A stretch of DNA of 64,000 nt, taken from Clostridiales bacterium. GTDB taxonomy: Bacteria > Bacillota > Clostridia > Christensenellales > CAG-138. The stretch covers positions 854 to 64,853 of the forward strand of contig SFIR01000006.1 in assembly GCA_004556165.1 (NCBI GenBank), in the 5' to 3' direction. Made by a program: the position numbers and the translations under genes. The notes under the pieces were generated by a model, which saw only the letters and a program-made list of their open reading frames with translations, did no database searches and had not been told where the DNA came from. Shown here piece after piece: positions 1 to 8,791 of the stretch (its first letter is position 1; each line of letters starts with the position of its first letter).

Positions 1-1016
1 GTGAGGAATGGAGACAGGGAAGTGAAATCCATGAAGCATCCGCCGAGCAGGGAGAGCACAAGCGCAATAACGGGTGCGGCAATATCAATACGCCCGGAAC
101 CGCCGAAACGGGAGAACAGCATGCAAAGCCCGGATACACATAAGCAGTAGGCGATCAGAGCAATGCAGAAGGAGAAGGTCAGGGCTGATGCAAAGCAGCA
201 GGCGATTATGCCGACTGCAAGAGCGGAGAGGAAAAGGCTCAGGAAATCGCTGACCGTGCCTATGAGCATACCCTTATCGGCAGAGTACAGCCGCTTTGAA
301 GCAAGCCTTGCTTCCGGCTTAGTCATACTGCGTGAAAGCGATAGAAGCAGCAGCATTATTACGAGTGCGGTAAAGCCCGGGTACCCTGCAAAGCCCCTTC
401 CGAACAGTGCCGATGAGGCATCGGCGCCGCTCTGACCGATGGATTCCACAGTGTATAGGGTCGGTGCAGAGGCATCATAGAGCTTTAGCTGCTCATTAAG
501 CCTAAATTCGGCATCCGGAATACCCTCCTTTTCAAGCTCCGAAACGGTGCGGACATATACACGCATAGAAAGGAGCTTGCCGGCTATCAGCTCGCGTATG
601 GCTTCCGATGAGACCGACTTAGGCGCAGTCCTTATGATAAAGACCTCGGAAGCGTCGGTGCTTTCGGAATATAGGCTCTCGTCATAGCCGGGGAGTATCA
701 CGAGCATGGCTTCGGTGTGACCGCCGAGAAGCTTCTTTTCGGCAGAATCCCTATCGCTTGAAAAGCTAAGCGAAACGCCGTCGGCAGAAGCGAGAGAATC
801 AAGAAATGCCGCGGAATTATCGGAGCAGCATTCATCAACGCAGACGATGCTTACTCTGTCGGGCTTCACTGCTGAGAGCGCGAGCGAACAGATGAAGAAT
901 GCTGCGGCAGTCAGAATCAGTGCTGCCGGTATCATGGGGATACCGCCGAAAAGCACGATGATTTTTTTGACGGACAGCGCGAGCGAACGGAAGGCCGGAT
1001 CAAAAAGCTTTTTCAT
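1..1016 (-). CDS. ABC-2 type transporter permease (3' end runs off the window)
   Basis: My own translation from ATG 1016-1014 (MKKLFDPAFRSLALSVKKIIVLFGG...) stays open to position 1. It has TM1, a large loop, then a hydrophobic multi-TM block. ATGA start/stop overlap with the upstream permease gene. Absent from the ORF track because it is truncated. Confidence 0.6.
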   Translation of the reverse strand, partial: MKKLFDPAFRSLALSVKKIIVLFGGIPMIPAALILTAAAFFICSLALSAVKPDRVSIVCVDECCSDNSAAFLDSLASADGVSLSFSSDRDSAEKKLLGGHTEAMLVILPGYDESLYSESTDASEVFIIRTAPKSVSSEAIRELIAGKLLSMRVYVRTVSELEKEGIPDAEFRLNEQLKLYDASAPTLYTVESIGQSGADASSALFGRGFAGYPGFTALVIMLLLLSLSRSMTKPEARLASKRLYSADKGMLIGTVSDFLSLFLSALAVGIIACCFASALTFSFCIALIAYCLCVSGLCMLFSRFGGSGRIDIAAPVIALVLSLLGGCFMDFTSLSPFL

Positions 1017-2191
1017 GCACGCCTCCTCAGTTTAACGCCCAAGAGCGTGATGATGGTGAATACTGCGCCCGCACATATCGCCGGGAGCAGAAGCGAAAGA
1101 ATATCGGATATGCTGCTGCCCATGGCGGCAAGGTACATGCCCTGAAGACTGTAATACGGCAGGCTGAAGCGCGAAAGGCTTTGCAGGAATTCCGGCATCA
1201 GCTCATACGGGTACAGCGCTCCGCCGAGCACGAGCATAAGTATAATGATGATGATGCCGAGAAGCTGGCTGCGAGCAGAACTGCGTGCAAGGCTAAGAAG
1301 CATGCCGAAGAATGCGCAGCTTACGAGGAAAAGTATGAATAATATCAACAGCGTTTTCGGCATTTCTCCCGTTCCGAGGATTATGAGCAAGAGAAGAACG
1401 GGTATTGCGGCAACGGAAAATGCGGTGATGAATTTTGAAACAAGAAGCGTAAAATGGCTGCCGCCTGCGGCGCGGAAACGCGGAAGTATCCCGAGGTCGT
1501 ATTCTTCGGGTACTGATCTGAATACGCAGAGCGGTATGAACATAAGAAGCATCGAGCAGATTCCGGACGCAAAGAAGAGCCTGCTCGAATTGATACTGCT
1601 TTCAAGACCGGTATCAAGGTCAAAGTAATCGAGCCTCGAAAGACAGTCGTATATCAGATTATCGGAGTATTCGTCGAGCACTGTACAGTAGTTTTCATAG
1701 CTCATTTCGCCGTATTTAACGAGCCCTGCGGAATAATAAACGCGCTGATTCTGATTTATTATATCGAGTATTGAAAGCAATGCGGATTTGACGATCGCTG
1801 CCTCGGTGGGCATGTCGGAATTTAGAACGACGCGCACATCCGTATCGAGCATGTAGTATAGATCGTAAAAATATCCCTCGGGGATGCTGAGTACGACGGC
1901 ACAGCCGCGGCTGCACAGCTCCTCATCGGTCTCCCCTTCGCCATCCATGACCTCGCTGAAAATATCCAGCTCGCTCAAAATATTGACCGCAATCCGGGTG
2001 AGAATGGTGTCGTCCTCATCGCGTACCGCGATGGGGAAGGGTTCAATATAGCTGCGCTTTTCGGAGAGGGAGCCCATGCCGAGAAACATCAGAAAAACGA
2101 GAAGGATGGGGACGAACGGGAACAGAAGGCTTTTGATACCGCCTCCGGTAAGAAGCCTAATATCCTTTTTTATGCATGCAAAAAGCTTCAT
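1013..2191 (-). CDS. ABC-2 type transporter permease
   Basis: 392-aa ORF with an N-terminal TM, a ~170-aa extracytoplasmic loop and 5 C-terminal TMs. Start overlaps the ATPase stop and stop overlaps the next permease start. Confidence 0.7.
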   Translation of the reverse strand: MKLFACIKKDIRLLTGGGIKSLLFPFVPILLVFLMFLGMGSLSEKRSYIEPFPIAVRDEDDTILTRIAVNILSELDIFSEVMDGEGETDEELCSRGCAVVLSIPEGYFYDLYYMLDTDVRVVLNSDMPTEAAIVKSALLSILDIINQNQRVYYSAGLVKYGEMSYENYCTVLDEYSDNLIYDCLSRLDYFDLDTGLESSINSSRLFFASGICSMLLMFIPLCVFRSVPEEYDLGILPRFRAAGGSHFTLLVSKFITAFSVAAIPVLLLLIILGTGEMPKTLLILFILFLVSCAFFGMLLSLARSSARSQLLGIIIIILMLVLGGALYPYELMPEFLQSLSRFSLPYYSLQGMYLAAMGSSISDILSLLLPAICAGAVFTIITLLGVKLRRRA

Positions 2192-2826
2192 TCGCCGTCC
2201 TCAGCTCCAAGGAGGATACCGTTTCTGAGTTCAACCGTTCTGTCGCAAACGGCATCGAGATCGCTTCTATTGTGGCTAATCAGCACGATTGAAGTGCCGA
2301 GCTCCTTCAGAGCCTTGATACAGCCGAGCATGATGCCGACGGAATGGGTATCCGCGCCGACGGTCGGTTCATCGAGCAGCAGAATATCGGGCGTGCGAAT
2401 GAGTGAAACTGCCATATTAAGCCTGCGCTTCATACCGCCCGAGTAGGTCTCAACACGCTTTTTCGCACTGCTTTCAAGATTGAAAATACGCAGCATCTCA
2501 TTTACACGATTCCTTTCGGCATTGCCGAAAAAACCGTCAGCTTCGGCGAAGAATTCAAGATTCTGCTTGCCGGTCAGTGATGGGTACAGCGCAATATCCT
2601 GCGGCACGATGCGGATTTCGGCACCGGGCGCAGCGGCTCTTGTGCCCTGCTGAGGACGCAGTATTCCTGCCATAACGGAAAGAAGGGTGCTCTTGCCGGC
2701 GGCGTTTTCACCGCGTATGCCGAGCACCTCTCCCGGGTACAGTCCGACAGAAACCCCGTTGAGAACGGGGTTTCCATCAAAGCTGACATGTATGTCGTTA
2801 AGACTTAAAACGACTTTTTCATTCAT
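2188..2826 (-). CDS. ABC transporter ATP-binding protein
   Basis: Walker A GENAAGKST, signature YSGGMKRR, Walker B LLLDEPT. The longest ORF begins at TTG 2850, inside the upstream gene; ATG 2826 (MNEKVV) is preferred. Confidence 0.9.
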   Translation of the reverse strand: MNEKVVLSLNDIHVSFDGNPVLNGVSVGLYPGEVLGIRGENAAGKSTLLSVMAGILRPQQGTRAAAPGAEIRIVPQDIALYPSLTGKQNLEFFAEADGFFGNAERNRVNEMLRIFNLESSAKKRVETYSGGMKRRLNMAVSLIRTPDILLLDEPTVGADTHSVGIMLGCIKALKELGTSIVLISHNRSDLDAVCDRTVELRNGILLGAEDGE

Positions 2827-2839
2827 ATTATTTGCAGTA

Positions 2840-4567
2840 TTACCAGCCAAACCCGAATCCGCCGCTCAGAAGACCGGAGATCTGGCCGATCAGCTCACCG
2901 TAGAGGTAATCATAAACGAACTCATCAACGAAATCCTGAATATCCTCTTCGCTGGTCAGATCGACTTCCTTTATATTCTTTGGAAGCGAAACGTCCGTGC
3001 CCTCGGTGGATTCTATCAAGAAGGAGAATGTCTCTCCGTCGGCAACGACCTTAAAATCATGCTCGGTGGTATCGCCGTCCTTGTCAACGTCAAGACTGAT
3101 GGTAATATCCTCATCAATCAAGTGCAGCTCAAGGCTTCCGCAGTAGAGGCCGAGAGGCGAGCGTGAACCGAAGTCGAGCTCGAATGAAAGCTCAGCATAT
3201 GTTTCATTATAATCAATGTTCTTGACGACACCTTCGCCCTCGAGCTTTTTGCCGGAGAAGGTGGCTTCGATATCGCAAACCGAAGAGTATTCAAGGTTAT
3301 CGTCAACGCTGTCAAAGCTGTTATCGTAATAGCCTTCAAACGCCATAATGCGAATCTCCTTGCCCTTCCGGCGCATAAAGCATCCGAAAGCCGAGCCGCC
3401 CTCGCCTTCATAGGCGCTTTCGGTTATGACACGCTGCATAACGATATCCTTGCCCTTTACGGCGATTTCGATGGTGATCTCATGTTCGTCAAAGAAATCG
3501 GATATTTCAGCGGCTTCATCGCGCAAACAGTCGAAAAACTCCGAAACATCATCATATAGGCTTCCGTCACGCATGCAGTAGGCATTGACGATTTGATAGA
3601 GGTAGGAATCCTTGTCATTTTCGATATAGTCGATAAGACGGCAGATTACCGCGTATACGTCATCACCGGTGGGCTTGATGGTATAGAGTGAAACCTTGCA
3701 GGTATCGTCGCCGCCGAAGATGCTTAGTTTGACATTCTTGGTTATCTCGGTATTGCTCTCATTTGCGATGCCGCAGAAGATACCGACGATGTCGAGCAGG
3801 GTCTTCTTAATATCCTTGGAATCGAATGCTTTGAGATCAAGCTCCTCGTCCGTATCGAGGATTTCGCCGAGATCGTCGTAATTGATGCGGAAGAGCTTTT
3901 TCTCGAAATCGGGAACGCAGATGCCGATGGACTTTTTGTCGCGCCGGAGATATACGCTCGTCAGCGTATTGCCGGAAAAACCGGGCTCGAGACAGAAGAG
4001 GTAACCGTCCTTCTCCAGTGCAATTTCGAAATCGAATTCCAATTGCTTCAGGATGTATTCGACAGTACTGTCATCAATCAGGTCGGTCTTTTTGAAGCTT
4101 AAAGCATTGGTGCTGGACACAATGCCATCGGGATCCGCAATCTCTTCCGTGAAGTCGTAAACGGTCCTGAACATATTCTTTTCGCATGCTTCGAGCTTAT
4201 TTACGGAGTCGGGCATCAGGGCGATATAGTCGCCGCTTGCGAATACCGTTACAACAACTGCGATAACAACTGCGACTGCGACCACAGCGGAAATGATGCC
4301 GGCCAGCATTTTGCCGGAGATCTTAGCGCGAGGCGCACGAGGCTCGGGGTTACCGTAGGAAGGCGTATAGCCGGTATCGGGCTGATCAGGCTGAACGGGC
4401 TGAACAGGTTCTTCGGGCTGATCCGGCTGAACGGGCTGAACAGGTTCCTCGGGCTGCCGGCAGCCGGAATCCTGATTGCTTGCTGCGGGATTTGCTCTGG
4501 TACCGCACATGGGGCAGAAACCTGCATCATCCGGAAGCTGCTGTCCGCAATTGGCACAGAATTTCAT
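2840..4567 (-). CDS. zinc-ribbon domain membrane protein with a large acidic extracytoplasmic domain (function unknown)
   Basis: MKFCANCGQQLPDDAGFCPMCG (2x CxxC), a Pro/Gln linker with an exact EEPVQPVQPDQP duplication, one TM (MLAGIISAVVAVAVVIAVVVTVFA), then a ~440-aa Asp/Glu-rich domain with no motif I recognise. First gene of the ABC-2 operon. Confidence 0.8.
   Translation of the reverse strand: MKFCANCGQQLPDDAGFCPMCGTRANPAASNQDSGCRQPEEPVQPVQPDQPEEPVQPVQPDQPDTGYTPSYGNPEPRAPRAKISGKMLAGIISAVVAVAVVIAVVVTVFASGDYIALMPDSVNKLEACEKNMFRTVYDFTEEIADPDGIVSSTNALSFKKTDLIDDSTVEYILKQLEFDFEIALEKDGYLFCLEPGFSGNTLTSVYLRRDKKSIGICVPDFEKKLFRINYDDLGEILDTDEELDLKAFDSKDIKKTLLDIVGIFCGIANESNTEITKNVKLSIFGGDDTCKVSLYTIKPTGDDVYAVICRLIDYIENDKDSYLYQIVNAYCMRDGSLYDDVSEFFDCLRDEAAEISDFFDEHEITIEIAVKGKDIVMQRVITESAYEGEGGSAFGCFMRRKGKEIRIMAFEGYYDNSFDSVDDNLEYSSVCDIEATFSGKKLEGEGVVKNIDYNETYAELSFELDFGSRSPLGLYCGSLELHLIDEDITISLDVDKDGDTTEHDFKVVADGETFSFLIESTEGTDVSLPKNIKEVDLTSEEDIQDFVDEFVYDYLYGELIGQISGLLSGGFGFGW
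4378..4449. repeat. in-frame 36-bp tandem duplication (2 copies, 2 mismatches)
   Basis: CGGGCTGATC(A/C)GGCTGAACGGGCTGAACAGGTTC(T/C)T twice. Encodes EEPVQPVQPDQP x2 in the zinc-ribbon protein linker. Confidence 0.9.
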
Positions 4568-4639
4568 CGTTTTTACTCTCCTTTTTTGAATTAAATTGTA
4601 AAACTATCCAAGCAAAGAAAATGTATCAATGCTTAAAAT

Positions 4640-4668
4640 ATTTTACACTGACATAATGCGGATGTCAA
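4640..4668 (-). promoter_or_regulatory. sigma-A-type promoter of the zinc-ribbon/ABC-2 operon
   Basis: Minus strand reads TTGACA-17 nt-TAAAAT, ~70 nt upstream of ATG 4567. Confidence 0.55.
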
Positions 4669-4753
4669 CACATTTTTGCCATATTTTCACAGAAAAATCC
4701 AATCTATGCCAAATACTTCAACAATGAGTCAGGAACCGAAAGCAATACGCATA

Positions 4754-4783
4754 TTGACAAAAAACAAAGCATACGATTATAAT
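4754..4783 (+). promoter_or_regulatory. promoter of lipoprotein paralog A
   Basis: TTGACA-18 nt-TATAAT, followed by a GGCTGC-TTCG-GCAGCC hairpin and the SD. Confidence 0.6.
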
Positions 4784-4829
4784 GTCCGGTATAATTGAGG
4801 CTGCTTCGGCAGCCGGAAAGAGGAAGACA

Positions 4830-5510
4830 ATGAGAAAACTTTCAATGCTTATCGCATTGGTCATTGCAGCCGTAATGTGTTTATCCGCGGCGGCATGCGG
4901 TGCGGAGCCTGAGAAAGCAATAATCGGTACATGGAAGGCACAGATTGATCTGACCGATTTTATGAACGATCATATCTCCGAGGCAATGGGCGGCAAAAGG
5001 CCGGAGAAAACGGCAAAGGCTGTCTTTACGCTCGTAGCCGTATTTAATAAGGATACAACCGTAACGCTGAGCTTCGACAATGAAGAAATGAATTCCTCAC
5101 TTTCCAAGTATTTTGATTCTCTCTATGATTACATGGTCGAGAGCGTCTATGATAAATTCATGTCGGATCCCGAATACGGCTATGCCTCGCGCGAGGAATT
5201 GGACGAAGTTTTCGAATTGCTGGGCATTGATATAGATGCGCTTGTCGAGCAGTCGCTTTCTTCGCTCAATGCGAATCAGTTCTTCCCCGAGGACTTTGCG
5301 CTAATAGAGAACGGAAAATACAGGCTTGAGGATGGGAAGCTGTTCATCTCCGAAAACGGAGAGGATTTCGATCCCGAGCATTACTTCTTATTTGAGCTGT
5401 CGGGCCGCAGGCTCAAAATCACCGGTATCTGCGGAGGCTTTGACTTTACCTCTTCGGATTTCGATATTGACGAGGCGCTGCCGATAGTGTTCAAAAAGCA
5501 ATGGAAATAG
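4830..5510 (+). CDS. lipoprotein, unknown function (paralog A)
   Basis: MRKLSMLIALVIAAVMCLSAAACG signal/lipobox, SD GGAAAGAGGA 8 nt upstream. The ORF-track start 4782 lies inside the -10 box of the promoter at 4754-4783. Shares IIGTWKAQIDLTDFMN and LPIVF motifs with the next gene. Confidence 0.75.
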   Translation: MRKLSMLIALVIAAVMCLSAAACGAEPEKAIIGTWKAQIDLTDFMNDHISEAMGGKRPEKTAKAVFTLVAVFNKDTTVTLSFDNEEMNSSLSKYFDSLYDYMVESVYDKFMSDPEYGYASREELDEVFELLGIDIDALVEQSLSSLNANQFFPEDFALIENGKYRLEDGKLFISENGEDFDPEHYFLFELSGRRLKITGICGGFDFTSSDFDIDEALPIVFKKQWK

Positions 5511-5558
5511 CTTCAGGAACAGCGTGTAAATATATCCATGCACTGCTTTGAGAATCGG

Positions 5559-5587
5559 TTGACTTATCTTTTACCGAAGCGTATAAT
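5559..5587 (+). promoter_or_regulatory. promoter of lipoprotein paralog B
   Basis: TTGACT-17 nt-TATAAT, followed by a homologous leader hairpin (GGCGGC-ATCT-GTCGCC) and an identical CCGGAAAGAGGA SD region. Confidence 0.6.
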
Positions 5588-5632
5588 AGTGCGGTATGAA
5601 TTGGCGGCATCTGTCGCCGGAAAGAGGAATTT

Positions 5633-6367
5633 ATGAAAAAACTGTCCAAGATTTTTGCGCTGCTGCTTGCTTTAGTCATGCTTGCAGCTGTAGTTGCCTG
5701 CGAGAATGCAGGGAATCCCACTGAGAATCCGACCGCAGAACCCACACCCGAACCCACTCCCGAGCCCACTCCCGAGCCCACATTGGAGCCCGCACTCCAG
5801 ATCCTGGGAACATGGAATGGTTCGATCGACTTTACCGATATGGTAAACAAATCCTTTGAAGAAGAGTTTGGTGCCGCTCCGACCACCGAAGAAAGAATGA
5901 TAATGAATGTATCGCTGACCTTTAAGGATGACGGAACGGTCGGTATCGAATATGATACCGAAGCGATAGCGAGTTCTTTCGAAGCATATATGAGCTCCAT
6001 TATTGATTTCATTAAGGATGCCGTGTATCAGCAGCTTATTGCTCAGGGCATAGGAACGAGCGTGGAAGAGATTGATGCATTTATGGAAAGCATTGGCTAT
6101 ACCATGGATCAGTTCATTCAGGAAACTTTCGGCGCACTCGATTTCGCAAGCCTCATTTCCGAAGATGGGCTCCCGAGCAGCAATGTCTACAAGATTGAGG
6201 ATGGCAAGCTCTACATGGAAGACAGCGTGGAAGAATATCAGGAAGGGAATTACGCCGAGTTCACAATCAATGCAAGTACCCTTACCTTCACCGAAATCTA
6301 TGAGGACGGCAAGCCCACTGAGGAAATGCGTGAGATTCTGCCGCTCGTATTCGATAGGGTTGGATAA
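5633..6367 (+). CDS. lipoprotein, unknown function (paralog B)
   Basis: MKKLSKIFALLLALVMLAAVVACEN lipobox, (PTPE)n linker, ILGTWNGSIDFTDMVN and LPLVF motifs parallel to paralog A. Same SD context. Confidence 0.8.
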   Translation: MKKLSKIFALLLALVMLAAVVACENAGNPTENPTAEPTPEPTPEPTPEPTLEPALQILGTWNGSIDFTDMVNKSFEEEFGAAPTTEERMIMNVSLTFKDDGTVGIEYDTEAIASSFEAYMSSIIDFIKDAVYQQLIAQGIGTSVEEIDAFMESIGYTMDQFIQETFGALDFASLISEDGLPSSNVYKIEDGKLYMEDSVEEYQEGNYAEFTINASTLTFTEIYEDGKPTEEMREILPLVFDRVG

Positions 6368-6395
6368 TTCAAAACATTAAAAGGATTGCATGAAA

Positions 6396-6435
6396 CTGCG
6401 TCGGTCGGGATCCGATCGGCGCAGCTTTTCTTTTC
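6396..6435. terminator. bidirectional rho-independent terminator (lipoprotein B / thioesterase convergent pair)
   Basis: 13-bp stem CTGCGTCGGTCGG-GAT-CCGATCGGCGCAG (2 G-U pairs) followed by CTTTTCTTTTC. A-rich on the other side. Confidence 0.6.
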
Positions 6436-6445
6436 ATTATTATTT

Positions 6446-6838
6446 CTATTGCTTTGCAGCGAGCTTTGCTTCCGTTTTTTTCATGAACCTATCATTGGAA
6501 ATTATGAAGCGTTCGTGAGTTCCGCTGCCTATTCTGCCGCATTCATCGTATGCTTCGACTCGGAATATGAGCTTTCTTCCGTCAATGCCGATAAGCTCGC
6601 TTTCAAAGCGCACGCGCATACCGAGGGGCGTCGCTGCTTCATGCGAAACGTCAAGATGCGTTCCGACAGTGCCGCAGCCTTCGTCAAGATATGGCTGTAC
6701 GCTTCTGAGTGCAGCCATTTCCATGAATGCAAGCATCATCGGAGTTGCGAATACCTCAAGCGCACCGCTTCCTATGCGCGCTGCGGTCAGCTCCTTTGTA
6801 ACGATGCATTCCTCATGCCCTTTAATGCCGATCTCCAT
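6446..6838 (-). CDS. hotdog-fold thioesterase family protein (FlK/YbgC-like)
   Basis: MEIGIKGHEECIVTKELTAARIGSGALEVFATPMMLAFMEMAA...GTHLDVSHEAATPLGMRV...DGRKLIFRV matches the thioesterase pattern as I recall it. SD GAGAGGG precedes ATG 6838. The longer ORF to 6952 would overlap the divergent GNAT gene. Confidence 0.8.
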   Translation of the reverse strand: MEIGIKGHEECIVTKELTAARIGSGALEVFATPMMLAFMEMAALRSVQPYLDEGCGTVGTHLDVSHEAATPLGMRVRFESELIGIDGRKLIFRVEAYDECGRIGSGTHERFIISNDRFMKKTEAKLAAKQ

Positions 6839-6926
6839 GTTTTTATCCCTCTCTTTCCGTCCGAATTTCAAATACGGACAAACTATGGTATAATAAATAA
6901 AAGTAATAACCCCGAAAGGAGCTGCC

Positions 6927-7424
6927 ATGGAAAAGATAGGTCTAATACCCATGACAAGGGAGCTATGCCGTGAATTCTACCGTGAATTCGAAAACGATCC
7001 GATGGTATTCATGGATAATTTCGTGACATATGAGTACAGCGAGGCGCGCGCCGATGCTTATTTTTATAAGCAGCAGGCAAAGGGCAGGCTGTATTTTGCT
7101 ATTATGGCGGATTCCGCTCCGGTCGGTGAACTCATCCTTAAAGATATAGATAGTATCAAGCATGAGTGTACCCTCAGCATACACCTAAGAAATGATTCCG
7201 TCAAGGGCAGGGGCTACGGCATTGAGGCGGAGAGGCTTGCGCTTGAATATGCATTCACTTATCTCGGCATGAATGCTGTCAATGCGGATACAATAATCAA
7301 GAATACGCGCAGCCGTCATGTGCTGGAAAAGCTTGGGTTTTCCTATCTCGGCAGGGAAGGGGATTTTGACCGTTTCAGGTTTGCCCGTGGAGACTATTAT
7401 AAGGGTAAAGCCGATAATGATTAA
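6927..7424 (+). CDS. GNAT family N-acetyltransferase
   Basis: 165 aa. The ...GELILKDID...LRNDSVKGRGYGIEAERLALEYAF... motif (R/Q-x-x-G-x-G/A acetyl-CoA loop) is typical of RimJ/RimL-like GNATs. SD AAAGGAG. Confidence 0.8.
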   Translation: MEKIGLIPMTRELCREFYREFENDPMVFMDNFVTYEYSEARADAYFYKQQAKGRLYFAIMADSAPVGELILKDIDSIKHECTLSIHLRNDSVKGRGYGIEAERLALEYAFTYLGMNAVNADTIIKNTRSRHVLEKLGFSYLGREGDFDRFRFARGDYYKGKADND

Positions 7425-7486
7425 GCATTTTACACAATGTCTCAATTCTGACATATAATATCCATTTTTCAGACAAAAGAAACGTA

Positions 7487-7515
7487 TTGAATTCTGAAAG
7501 TATAGATTGTATAAT
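7487..7515 (+). promoter_or_regulatory. promoter of the DegV gene
   Basis: TTGAAT-17 nt-TATAAT. ~85-nt leader containing a GGACGGG-TCT-GCCCGTCC hairpin next to the SD. Confidence 0.5.
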
Positions 7516-7604
7516 TTGGCTGATTGGCGGGATAATTCTCCGGTCGATTAGGGGGAACAAATTAACAAGAGGACGGGTCTGCCCGTCCGGAGAAAGGTGC
7601 TTTT

Positions 7605-8507
7605 ATGGAAAAGAAATTTGTTCTTTCGTGCGAGTCCACCGTTGATATGCCGTACAGCTATATCAACGGCAGGGAAATCCCGGTGATCTTCTATACTTAC
7701 GTTGTAGACGGTGAGGAATATGTTGATGATATGTGCCGCACTCCCGGCGCAATAGAGGAATTTTATGCGAGGCTGGAGGCGGGAAAGCTGCCGTCCACCT
7801 CGCAGATACCCATACAGCGCTATGCTGATTTCTTCAGCGATGTTCTCAAAACTCATGAAGGAGATCTGCTTCACATCGCTTTCGGTTCGGGTCTGACGCC
7901 CTCCGTGCAGAATGCCGAAGCGGCGGCAAAGAGCGTTATGGAGGCGAATCCGGGCAGAAGGATAATCGTGATAGATTCCTACTGCGGTTCATCGGGCTAC
8001 GGTATGCTCGTTGATTATGCCGCCGATATGCGTGATGACGGAAGGACTCTTGAGGAAACAGAGAATTGGGTCAATGCTCATCGCCGCAATATCCATCATC
8101 AGTTCTATTCCACGGAGCTTAAATACTTCCGCCGCAGCGGAAGGGTTTCGGGGCCGACGGCTGTTATAGCGTCCATCTTAGGCATATGCCCCATTATGAG
8201 GCTTGATGTAAACGGAAAGATAATTGCTTACGATAAGGTAAAGGGCAAGGCGAATGCAATCAAGCGCACGCTCGATATGATGGCGGAGCATGCGGAGAAT
8301 GGGGAAGAGTATGCCGGAAAATGCTATATCTGCCATTCGAATTGCATTGATATGGCGGAGAAAACCAAGGAAGCCCTGCTCTCAAGATTCAAGAACGTGA
8401 AGGAGGTCCGAATTTGCGATATAGGTTCTGTAATCGCATCGCACTGCGGACCGGGGACGGTTGCCGTTTTCTTCCTCGGCGATGAGCGCGCACCGTATAA
8501 AAAATGA
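7605..8507 (+). CDS. DegV family fatty-acid-binding protein
   Basis: 300 aa; FVLSCESTVDMP N-terminus and overall DegV-like pattern. Own promoter and terminator. Confidence 0.85.
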   Translation: MEKKFVLSCESTVDMPYSYINGREIPVIFYTYVVDGEEYVDDMCRTPGAIEEFYARLEAGKLPSTSQIPIQRYADFFSDVLKTHEGDLLHIAFGSGLTPSVQNAEAAAKSVMEANPGRRIIVIDSYCGSSGYGMLVDYAADMRDDGRTLEETENWVNAHRRNIHHQFYSTELKYFRRSGRVSGPTAVIASILGICPIMRLDVNGKIIAYDKVKGKANAIKRTLDMMAEHAENGEEYAGKCYICHSNCIDMAEKTKEALLSRFKNVKEVRICDIGSVIASHCGPGTVAVFFLGDERAPYKK

Positions 8508-8533
8508 CAGTATAATATGCTATTGCTTTGAAA

Positions 8534-8560
8534 GACCGGGTCACTGCCCGGTTTTTCTTT
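8534..8560 (+). terminator. terminator after the DegV gene
   Basis: ACCGGG-TCACTG-CCCGGT followed by TTTTCTTT. Confidence 0.6.
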
Positions 8561-8762
8561 ATGCTTTCAAGATCGCATATTAAATATGCTGGTTCGATAT
8601 TAACCGAGCCGGAAGATGCGGAAAATTCTGCTGCGAACATGAATTGCTACAAGCTTGCCATACATTTGCCCAATTTTGCCGAAAAGCTGAAAACACTATA
8701 AAAAATCCTATATTCGCACGCTGAAATAAAACTTAATAGTGCGAAAAAAAGCGTTAAAACTG

Positions 8763-8791
8763 TTGACAATGAAAAATGCATAAGTTATAAT
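8763..8791 (+). promoter_or_regulatory. promoter of the expanded opp-like operon
   Basis: Perfect TTGACA-17 nt-TATAAT, ~240 nt upstream of ATG 9034. Confidence 0.6.

Larger units (their letters stand above)
4754..6367 (+). repeat. tandem segmental duplication: two promoter-leader-lipoprotein cassettes
   Basis: Both cassettes have a near-consensus promoter, a leader hairpin, an identical CCGGAAAGAGGA SD block, a lipobox and shared protein motifs. The coding parts have diverged. Confidence 0.7.

Noticed and set aside
5700-5800. Short tandem nucleotide repeats (CCCGAGCCCACT-type). Similar ones occur at 9100-9260, 29400-29480 and 59830-59915.
   Set aside because: They are in frame and encode Pro/Thr/Glu stalk linkers of lipoproteins or surface proteins. 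They are not CRISPR, not satellite DNA and not regulatory repeats.
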